Made by a program: the position numbers and the translations under genes
Notes under the pieces: model-generated
What the model was told of the DNA's origin: nothing
The model's input: only the letters and a program-made list of their open reading frames with translations
The model's database searches: none
Source: Callorhinchus milii
Taxonomy: Eukaryota
NCBI RefSeq assembly: GCF_018977255.1
Contig: NW_024704752.1
Coordinates: 8,370,001 to 8,434,000, forward strand
Direction of reading: 5' to 3'
DNA: 64,000 nucleotides
Shown: piece by piece, positions 42,101-54,100 of the stretch
Layout: each line of letters opens with the position of its first letter
Numbering within the stretch: position 1 is the stretch's first letter

Positions 42101-45100
42101 CCGGTTCCCTCAATGGAATCAACAGACTAAATAAAACTCTTCATTTTAGATAAAAGAGATTCAAGTCCAAAATGTGATGCTTTGAAAATTATACGTAGTG
42201 AGAGAATGGGCAAGGAGTCACCTTTTTATAACTCTGTACAAAGATTAGGAAGAAGTGACCACTGGGATGAAATGCATTGAAAGTGAATGGGAAGACATCC
42301 TAGTTGTTGACTTTGAACCCCTGCGTTCCAATCCTATTAAACCCACTCTGCCATTTATCCTTTTGAGGCCAATATAAATGTGCATATGATTAAAAACTAG
42401 ACTGGAGCTGACTCTATCACTTTACTTGCACAGATCAAATGTCCCAGGTTTGATCACCAGACAGAAATGAGACGTGGTAAGGCTCACACATGAATGATGG
42501 CCACTTGGACAAGGCACCAGAGAGGGAAGAAGGTCCTGTGGGATTGTACCCTAAACAGAAGGAGTAAGGAGTAAAATTCAGGAGAGAAAGGAAAGGGAGA
42601 AATTTGTCGAAAGAGAAAAGAAAGATTATATCAATTAGATTGGAACAGCAAGCCTGTGATGTATTATGCATGTAAAAGAGAGGAGGTGAAGGAGGTGGGA
42701 TTCTGCAACTTACAGCAGAATACAAAAGCTCAAAATAAAGAGCGAATGAGTTTAGCAGATGGTGTCAGGGACTTTGAAGCCAGCCTCTCCGAGCTGTTGA
42801 GGGGCAAACACTCCCAGCCCCAGCCTCATGGGGAATGTTTTTTTCCCCAATTTCGTAACCAGATCAGTGCATTTGAAAGTCTTCAAGGAAAGCTTTACAA
42901 AATAACGTGGAATAAAAGGTGATTGGAAACATCACTGCCTTCTATTTGCCTCCCCATCCCCTCAAAGACTTTTTACACATCAAATGTCAATTTTAAACTC
43001 ATTAAAAATGTATTAGAGCGAGCCTCCCTCTGACTGAATGTAATCTTTTAACGTGTCTCACCCGACAGGCTGACGCTAGGAGAGTGCCTGGGTTCTCAGA
43101 TCAGCTGCAGACAAGCCGCAATAGGAAAAGTTAGTGAGGTGTGTGTAAGTGAGGGAGACAACCAGAATAATGTCTCACCTATAACTGATGACATTCAGCA
43201 GAAAGAAGGCAGACTTTTTCAGGGAATTCAAACTACTGTAAAATAATGATTATGAACAATGTTTTAAGCTAGAACAATGATTGATAATTCCCCACCTCCC
43301 CTCCACCTTTCCAACCCACAAAACATACAGTTCGTTGAAATACGTAACTTTTGGCTGTTCTTGACACTTGCTATACGGCATTGTTTTCTCAGCTCTGTCA
43401 GAGCCAGGAGGAGTGCTGAGAGCTTACAGCACTGGCCTTAGCCTGAACAAGATTTCCCTAAGACTAGAGAAGGTTTGGGCAGTTGCAATTGATAGCTTAT
43501 CAGGGTAGGTAATCAGTAGCTCAAATTAATTTTTTGCTTATCAGGGTACTAATTGGGAGATGCAGGTGTGTGTACCCTGATAAGCAGAACATTAATTTGA
43601 GCCACTGATTTACCTGCATCTTATAATAATAACAATTACATGTTATATAGCACCTAGAATGTTAAAACCCTACAATTACTATCAAATATAGTGACTGTGC
43701 ATTTCAGGACCTGGGACATCCTCCCGACATGAAAGGTGCTATATAAATGCAATTTGTTGTTGTAGCTTCAGTGCTAAGTAAGAACACGCTCACTAAGTAC
43801 GGCTAACGCTGCTTCCATATCTGTGGCCACTCTACTAGCATCTCACATGCACAAGACTAATAATAATCCATCCAAAAAAGCAAAACAATAAATTGGTCAT
43901 TTTCAATCCATGACTGTTTGTGGGACACTGCTGTGCGCAATTGGCTGCCACGTTTGCCCACAAATATACAGTCAATTCACTTTACAGTATATTCTGTAAA
44001 GCGCTTTGGGACATCTAGAAGACGTGAAGAGCGCTATATCAAATGCAAGGATTATTATTATTATTATAAAATACAAGGCTTGTTTTTTGCTCCTTTTCTT
44101 GCACCCAATCTCCATCTCTTTGTTGCAACCATTCTCTATATGATCACTATTGTATTAAGCATTATTCCTCTGAACCTACCTTCATCCCTATCTCCTCTTA
44201 AGCCTGATATATACAAACCCACTCCACCATCCTGGATAACTGTGGGCTGTGTGAGCCGTCTTATAATAATAATAATCCTTGCACTTGATATAGCACTTTT
44301 CATATCTTCTAGACGTCTTAAGCACTTCACAGAATATACTATAAAGTGAATTGACTGTACATTTCTGGCCAAAATGTTGCAGCAAATTGTCCCACAAACA
44401 GATGTGGATTGAAGTGACTAATTTTTTTAAGGGATTATTATCAGGCGTGTGGAGTAAGGAAACGTGCCTCAAATTTCACCCTGCTGGAATCAAACCCAAG
44501 TCTCTCGTTTGTGAGGCGAGCGCTCTAACCATCGAGCTACAGTCTTGTACCACTTCCTTACCACACTTTCTCTCACTCAAACTAATTCTTTCCCAAAGCC
44601 CAGGTCTCTCGTTTGCGAGGCAAGTGCTCTAACCACTGAGCTACAGTCTTGTACCACTTCCTTACCACACTCTCTCTCACTCAAACTAATTCTTTCCCAG
44701 ACCCCTAATGCGTAGAATTCCTCACCTCCCCCCTTCAGTTTTTCCTTCCTCCTAAAATCTACAGGTTTTGAAAAACAATCTTAGCCTTATCTAACTACTG
44801 GTTGATAGATTTAATGTAGTGTCTTGCTCTATCGATTTGGTCCGAGTTGCCCGAAACTATCCATTGCAACTGCCCAAACCAACTGAAACAAAGTCATTTT
44901 CTTGTTAATTGTCATGGGTCCAAAAAAATGACTTTCACTGAAGGAAAGGTGGGTGTAACACAATAACCCCCATTACCTTTCATATCTGTAATAGATATTT
45001 ATCATGGACTGGCAACAAAAAATATTGGTGAAACGAAATTAGATTACCCTGTTGCAAATCCAATTTTTTTCTAGACAAACCATCGAGAGGTTTTTAATTT

Positions 45101-48100
45101 CATATTTTTATTGAGCTTTCTGTTCATTTTCTTAGATAACCGTGCGCTGTGTGAGCAATCATGTACCACTTCATCAGAGTACAGATGACATCGGTGTGAG
45201 CAGTGCTATCTGCCTCAGCCCGAGAATACTGAACTGGAGAATATTGTCTCAAAATTAAAAGCCTCAAACAAGACTAGAGATGTGAAGGTATTATTTTAAT
45301 CCCACAGAGCGGGTGGATATGTGTAACGCATGTTGATGCCATTGATAACGCCTTTAAACACAAGCTAGGTTACTATTTAGCTGGGATTAGGATCATAAAT
45401 CTTAATGCGGTATTGACAAAGATGAGCAAGGGGTCAAGGAAGAGAATGCTACAATTTATCACCTACTCCACACTGAAATATTTATCTTAACCATATATCA
45501 CGGCATCCTCAATGCAGGTTAAAAGGTGAGATGCAGTCTCCAAATGTTTCAGTCTAGACAGCTTCAGAATAAAGTTAAGCTCTTTAGAAATGTAAGATAC
45601 ACCAGGCACCTTAAAATGTTCCATATGTACAAAAGCAGTGACCGCTGTGAAAGGCAACTCTTTACAGCCTTGTAAAATCTAGAATACTGTAAGTATTATA
45701 AGTACTATAATAACTGTCATTTTGCATACTCGCTCTTAGTTTGACTCCCTCGAACTCTATCCCACTATCTCTCATCTCCAGACTCCCTCACCCATTGCTT
45801 ACTATGCTCTCTCCACCTCCCCCATCACTCACTCTTTCATTGCCTCACTCCCTCCATCACATGTTCTTTCTATTCTGCTTCACTCATGTCTTCCACTTGT
45901 TCCTGTCGGAAAGATTATTACAGGCATCAGTTACAGGCCGGGACTTTTCTCCACAGCAATGTGACAAAATGCAATGCGACGCGTAGCACTACGCTCCACA
46001 GGTTTGATCAGTCTGTGCTGAGTCGGTTGACCTCAGACTGAGAGCAGTTGAGGTGCTAAAGTTCCCTCAGGGACCCTGGGCTAGGGAGAAGAAAGATCAG
46101 GAAGCTTTCCTGCCCCTTATCTGTAAGTAATAATTCCTTCTGAGAGGAAGATAAAAATCTAAGCTTTGGATTTGCAATTTCTAATTTTACTCAGTGAAAA
46201 TATCTACCTATTAAGCACTGTAGCCAACTCTCCCCAAACCTCAAGCGTCGAGTGATATTGTGATGTCTCTGCAATAACCACCCCAGCGACATCAGAGTGT
46301 TGGGTGAAGTTTGTGTTCAAAGTTGAGAGATGTTAAGAAATGGAACACTTTCTTATTTCAGACAGGTTGTATCGCATCAAGCACTCACAGGTCAGGTACA
46401 GCATGTGCTAGATGTGCAGCAAAGCTCCACTCCCCTCACAAATATTCCCAGATAAGATCAGCACAGATAGACGGAAAGTTCCTTTCATCGTCGCATCCTC
46501 AGACACTGCACCCTCTTACGTACCAGTATAACATCTCCACAAGTTGCTAATTTGGTGCCAAATTGATATCCTCCTGTTGGGAGGAAGGGGGTGGGTGGGG
46601 GTGGGCAAGCAGGGTTTCCTTGGAGCTGAACTGGCTTATTGGCAGGACTGGACCAAATTAAAGATGGCTTGTGCTTGCTCAAGACTGTTAAGACTGTCCC
46701 CAAACTTCTTTCACACAGAATTCTGACAGGCAACAAAGAGGAGACTTCATCCCACTAGTCTGGGCTGGATTCAAATGCAATTTCCAGAGGTGAAAAGTCA
46801 ATTTTCAATCCCCGAGGATCTGAAAGCAGGTCTTTTATCAAGTCCGCCTTGACTGCTGAACTGAACATTGTTTTCAGGATGTGTTGTTTTTTAGGCTGTT
46901 CTCTAACACTATGATTCCACCACTTCAGAGAAAACTTATTAAGTACCAACTGTAACACAATATCTACACGGATATCCTCCAAATGTAATTACAACAGGAA
47001 CAGAGCTCAACTCTCAGACTCAGAGAGTCCTTTGGGGTCCATCAGACACTGAGCATCTTAACAGTCTCACATTCCTGCATTGACTTCCACCCCGGCATTA
47101 CGGATTAGCAATGATGCTGATGACAGATGCAGCCACGAGCAGCTGGAGCTCACAACTGCTCTAAATGAGACGTCTGTTAATCGGGACTCTGCTTAAAACC
47201 GTCCTGTGTGCTGCTGCACCCAATACTATCCTATGCTCCGACAATATCCGGCTTCCCCTAAAGAATTCTAACTTGCCAGAGGAAGATATACTCTTCAGTC
47301 CAAATGCCCCAAAGAGGGTTTACAAGGCCACACACCAGAGATTCAATTTGTTCAACCTCGTCACGAATACGTACCATCTATTTGAAACAGAGGATGAAAA
47401 ATGGCCAACTTCTGGCTCGTCAGGTCACGGCTGACATCACTTCCTGCCTGAAGTGACATCAATTGCGCTTCCGGTAAGTAGTGCATGTGGGCAGCAAATT
47501 ACATCATCGGTGACCCGAGGATCCAAGACCACATCAGTTCCCCACCATTTAGTGCAAGGATTTAACCATAACAGTAATAACAAATTATAACTAATAATAA
47601 ATATGCTTTACCATATCAAAATATCCCAAAGGGCATTACAAAATGAGTTACTTGCAAGTGCAGTTAAACGTGGCAGTGAATTTGGTCAGCAAAAGTAAAA
47701 AACAACCAGATTTAATCTCGACTGTGGTGAACTTTTGAATGAGATAGGAATGTTGACCAGGAACACTGCTCTTCTTTAGAAAAAGGCCATGGGATGTTTC
47801 ATGCCCACAAGAGCAGACTGATGGGACTTCAGTTTTATAAAAGACAGCATCGCAACAATGCAATGCCCCAACATACTTACTGTAAGATGCAAGATCCTGT
47901 TAAATCATTCTAGACTCTTGTGTCAACAGAATATTAATAGAAATTGACTGCAGTCTAATTTTCCCCAAACGAAAGAGAAGTCCCTTTACACTGCAAGCTT
48001 TCAGCACCTTGTGAGTGGAAAAAGTACACAGACCCCAACACTTACTTGTGTGATAAAAATAAACCAATGGAATGTATATCAAATTATCTACGCTCTGATG

Positions 48101-51100
48101 TAACTATGCAACAATTTACAGATGTACATTATAAAAAATGCAGCATGGGCCGGTAGGGAGGAGGAAAAAGAGAAAAGGGTTGTGTTGAACAGCGAGCATA
48201 AAGAATCCAGCCTTACTGAGAATGATTTTACATTTAACCTAAAAAGGAAAAAAGTCAGGCATTTACAACTGTATTTGTAACCACTTTTTTTCTTTTTTCA
48301 AAATTCCATCTTTTTAAATTCTCTGCTCTCCCACATCAATCACCCATCAACACCTTAGCAAACAATGTACTGGCCAGCCTTCTGCCATAGTCTACCTGTT
48401 TAGCAAAGGATGCCAAAGTGATCTGAGTAACACTGTAATAATAATCCTTGCATTTGTTATAGTGCCTTATTGTTAAGAAATCTCAAAGCACTTCACAAAA
48501 TATACTGCAAAGTGAATTGACTGTATATTTTGCAGCAGCCAATTGAGCACAGCAGTGATTCACAAACAGTTGTGGATTACGTGACCCAATATTTTTTTCC
48601 GAGGGATTATTACCTCCAGAAAGTGATCTGCCAATCGACTAACAACCGACTTACTACTTACTGAGAGGTGAACAGAGGCATGTGGAGTAAGGAAACTTGC
48701 CTAAGGTTTCGTCCTGCCCGGGAATCAAACCCGATTTCTCTCACTTGCAAGGCGAGTGCTCTAACTAATACGTTATAGGTTAGAAGCCGATATTTCAGCT
48801 CTAAGTCCAGCAAAGACTCAATAAAACGAAAGTCTCCTTGCTTCAATGTCCTATTTGAGAGGAGTCTAGGGCACACTAAACGCATAGGCTCACAGTACAA
48901 AAGTGCTTTTCGTTCATCACTAAATTCGATCTTATGCAAGGCCACTAGATGTCTGGTATAGGAATTGTAAATGCTATCACAGGTGAAGAAGAGGTGAGGC
49001 TTATGATGATGCTAAAAAAAACTCCTCTTCATAATGGATATCCAATCTAGCTCTTGTATGTCCATAATCAAGTAGCGGGTCTTAACCACAGCTTGGAAAA
49101 GAAATGAAACACTTTAGTGATGTAGTCATGATGTCCCTTACGCTCACACAGGATGGAAGGGTTTGGTGATAGAATGAGCACACTGCAGCAGTCAGCTGTC
49201 TAGACAGGAGATATAGCTTCCACACAAGAACCAGAGTGCAATGAAAGGTAGTCTTCCTTAACCTGTGGAGTCTGTTCCAGCTCTCAATACCAGCTGCTCC
49301 ACCGTTGGATGCATTGAATTGAACCATTTTACAGCACACATTTCTGTGCACAAAGTAACTGGCCCAGAGACAAGTTCAAGGTAAATGGTACCAGATGTGA
49401 GCAAACGTCGTTTACTTGGTATGTGCTGTACAGACCAACATACACAAGCAGTACATGATGCTTAACTGGACAAAGTCAAATGGTGGTGAAGTGTTGCAGT
49501 GGATTTGTACAATGTCCTTTGGCCTTTGCACCTCAGGACTGAATCAAGAACACATTGATGGAAGTTCCTTTTCTATTAGTCAGAAAGATTCCAAGGAAAT
49601 TTCCTTTTAGCAAATACAATCCAAGTTATAGCCCACAGTGTGCAATTCAGCACCAATTCTCATGTCACTCAAACTAGGAACTAAACTGGAATGCTACACA
49701 ATGGGAGGGAATAGAAAAGCATTTTGTAAGAAATCCAACTCTTTAAAATGATGAGGCAGGCATGGATAATGCAGATGTAAACATGTTACGTCATGTGGAA
49801 TGTGAAGACAGGACTACAGGATGCAATGATAAACTTGACAATGCTCAACTGAAATTACAAAGAAGTTTTACACACACAGTAATAATAATTCTTACATTTG
49901 ATATAGTGCCTTATCACGTCTTCGAGATGTCTCAAGTGCTTCACAGAATATACTGTAAAGTGAATTCACTGTATTTTGTGGGCAAAACAGTATATATATA
50001 TATATACACGCACACACATATATATACATACACCGGACTCACTCACAAGCTAGTGAAACCGTACAACCAAATGTGAATGTGTAACTATAGGTATTACCAG
50101 AAATATTACATGCTCATCTCAAACTTCTTATTACATGTTTGGAATGCAATACCTTACAAAGACCTCACCAAATACATCTGCGCATTAAACATTGGAAAAT
50201 TCAATTTAAAATTACAAAAGAATCGCACCAATATTTAGAATAATAATTCTTAGATGCTTAGAACTGGTGAGAACAAAATGCCCCAAAACGTTTGAGGATT
50301 GCATGCTGGCGCAATGGTCAAAGTGTTCCTTAACACCTGTGTGACCCGGTTCCAGCTACAAAGCGACCGTAACTTGAGGTCACCCCATGTTACAAATCAG
50401 TCATCAGCTGCAAAGTACTTCCATATGTTTGAGGAATTAGCTGCCTTTTCCATTCACCAAGTAAGTGACATTGTGATGCCCGGTTAAAGGAACATGGTTT
50501 CTGTGGATCTCACAGGTTACATTACACTGCATTTGAGGCAGGTATCACTGCTAACACCAATACTGGGAGATAAATGAGTCACCCTCATTTTAAGTGGCTA
50601 ATTGCTAACCCCCACAGCCAGCAACTTTGACCCTGATGGAATGTGTACATGTCCCTGTATGTATGTGTAGGTAATGTGAGTGACGCGAGGGGGAAAAAAA
50701 AATCTGACTTTCTTTCAGATTAATCAGATGAAGAAGCACCCCATTCAGTCCATTAGCCACACCATGATCCAACAGCCTGCCAACACTAACTAGCTGCCAT
50801 CACAGAAGTGAAACTCCACTGTAAGTGTGGACCCAGATGTTACCATTTGCTAACAGTCTGTATTTCCAGTTTCAGATTTATTTAAAGAACTGCATTTTGG
50901 GAGAGGGAGTGGGAAAACAAATGGTACCTGTATTACCTATAACCAAGGGTGAGTCAGGAAAGGAGATAATTGGAAGGGAGTGGAAAAAAACACCTTATTA
51001 ACAGGATCCAGAATGGCAAGCTGAGCGCTGGCAAACACCTATATGTAGGACTCTCCTAACACAAATTATTATTATTATTTTTTTTTTTTAAATTTCACAA

Positions 51101-54100
51101 AGTTTTAGTGCTTTGTCTTAACGATTGCGCAGCACACCACTAACACACAAAGATCAAACTATTGCTTCAGGGGCACCGTCTCCTCAACACTGTTACAACT
51201 AATATATTTCCAGCTGGTAAGGGAAAGCAGATGTTGTTAAAATGCTCACTGGACAGACTGCGATCTACAGAGTGGGGGTGGTGGGGGGGGGGGGTGATAA
51301 GAAAGAGTGGGAGATCAGGAGCAGCAGCCACCAGCATGAAAGGTGGGAGTCTCAAAAGCCCACTGCAGTTTATCAGACTGCTGGCAATGTCTCGCTGCAC
51401 TCACACTAGGCTGTTAAGGTGACTTGCGTGCATCACACACCTCGATCATGGCAGCAGTTCGACCTGGAGCACCCTGCACACTTTCAATCGAACAAGGCAC
51501 TCAGAAAATGCCAGCTGATGTTACCTCAGTGATAATTTATTTTACAGTATATTCTGTAAAGCGCTTTGAGACCTGTCGAAGATGTGATAAGGCACTATAT
51601 CAAATTTAAGGATTATTATATAAAGATTATTATTCATCAGTGGTAACTGAATCCAAGGTTGAATTACAATCTCTTATTTTGTACACCATGTGCTAAATAA
51701 TTTCTTTTCCAAATTTACCTAATTCACGCAGAATTATCGTGTGCGTTAACAGGCACCTCTGCTGCCACACCTATGTGGCCTTGCTTCATCTGTGATCCTC
51801 CTGTCAGTGAGTGTTTGTAGGCGATTCTACAGTGGAGGCATCACAGACTAACACATTACTGTCTTTATTCAAGGGCACTTTCCAGCATAAGTTACGAGAC
51901 ACTCATCCGGAACAAGAACCCTAGATAGTTTTATGTGGACCCCAGCCAAGAGACGCCAAAGCCAACTGTAATTCCAAGTTTCCATATCACTTATGCAAGG
52001 AAATTTCCTATTTGTCTGCAATGCTATGCATACTCTCTCCCCAGAGGGTTGCACCCTGCTGATCTAATTCCAAAAAAGTATTTTGCACAGGTTGGCAGGA
52101 GCCAAGGCTAGGGTGTGCATTTGAGTACTGCTGGAATTTAACCAGCTAAGACCACTTAGCTCACCAGTGTCAGCACTGCTTGGAAAGGTTCCCATTGTTT
52201 ATTTAACTCATTAGGAGTTTGTCCTGCAGGGCTAAATAACAGGAGTTGAGTGGAAAGAATCCCTGCCTCCAGTAACTGATCTGCCCTCCAAGTGTTACCA
52301 ATGAGCGAAACTGGTTGGCCTGTCATCAGCAGAATGCTGACCACCTAAACGACCTACTCAATGCCAGTATTGTACTGTCAGGCACATCGCCTTGGAGGAT
52401 AGTCACTAGTTGATCACTGGACACCCTGCATGCACAGATTTGAGCCTCTCACTAGGTGGATAGCAGGTACCAGGAACTTCTTACAAGCCTCTTGGAGACG
52501 ACACATCTCAGTATGAAACATGTGAGAGCATTACGACCATCCTTTGCCGATCAAGAAACAAATCCTGACCCATTGAGCAATGGTTCCACTCTGCTTCTGA
52601 AGTGCAGAGCTTCAAGCAGCAGCTGCTTGACTTTCTGCATGTTAATCAAGGGGGGTACTTAGTAAAGTAGAAGTGCAGGATGATTATCACCTGGCACACA
52701 CGTGTATGCCTGGTGCTGACCTGTGATGAACCCCTTAAAGTTAGACTTCCTGTACTGCGGTAAGTTCAAACATGTTGAAGAAGATGATGCACGATTTGAA
52801 CAAGAGAGACAGACATAGCTTTGTGTTCCAACTGGAAGCTTTGCCAGGAATGTGACTAATGGGCAGCAAATGACCCAAGAGCCAAACATTGAGAAGCTTG
52901 GCCATAAATAATGCAACTGACCACATTTCAAAATCAGTCATTTTACGTCAATTCATCAAGTTGCACCCACAGCGAAATATAAAAGGGGTTAACTTGCAGG
53001 CAATGGTCAAACCTCATCTGGACACCAGCGGTTTGAAATTCGTTTTGTCTGAAAATGAAAGATTGTGCAGAATTGTGGAAAATGATTGAACTCAGTGATA
53101 ATTCGGAAACTGACTGTTTTTAAAAAGATGGAGAAGTGGATTTTAAAATAACATTGTCTAACAGACAAATGGAGTTTGTGGTCTCTGAACCCTAGGAGAA
53201 TATTCATGGTCTGCAACTCTTCAAACTGTGTATGCTGAAAATCTGGATCTCTGTGAGATGAAGTGTTTATTTCTGTCTGTTGCTGAAAAAATATCTTGTG
53301 ATCATATTGATGATGAAAGCCATCCTAATAATCCTTGCATTTGATATACTGCCTTATCACGTTATTGAGATGTCTCAAAGCGCTTCACAGGATATACTTT
53401 AAAGTTGATTGACTGTGTCTTTTCCATATCACTCAATCCCAATTTTACCTCCCTCAAGACCTCAAAACTGTTTGACATTTTTTTGTCAATCGGTTACGCA
53501 TCTCTGTCTACCAGGAGCAAATAATTTTGGTCCACATTTAAGTCAGAAAATCTAGGATTGGGTTTTAAAACATTTTATTTAATGGGACTTTGAGAATCTC
53601 AAATATGATGACGAGGCATCACAGTTATCTTGGATTCAGGAAATGGCTCAGATCTGACAACCAAGCGCTTTGTGACAATTACAGAAATTTCATTCAGTGT
53701 CTCAAATGCAATGATTGACAGAGAAGCTAATGGAATTAAAACAGGGCACCTTCCAACCCAGGAGAGTCTAGAGAAAATTCATTTTCTGCAGCTGTAAACA
53801 TTGTCTTTCACCAGGCAGCTCAGATCATACCAGTGTCGAAGTGTTGGCAAGATCTAGCTCTAATGTTGCTCTCAATATGGCTTTTGTCTGTTTGGGAGAA
53901 GGGGGTCACTTTTATTCCTTATTTGCTGACACCTTCCAATTCTCCAAATCGTCACTCCGACTGAGAGCCAGCTCTGTATTCTACAAAGACCAGACTAATC
54001 GTATCCTCACCAGAACAGACACACACACTTTAGTGGGGGTCATTGGATACAATACAATTAACATTTATATAGTGTCTTCCACATCAGGACTACTGTACCA

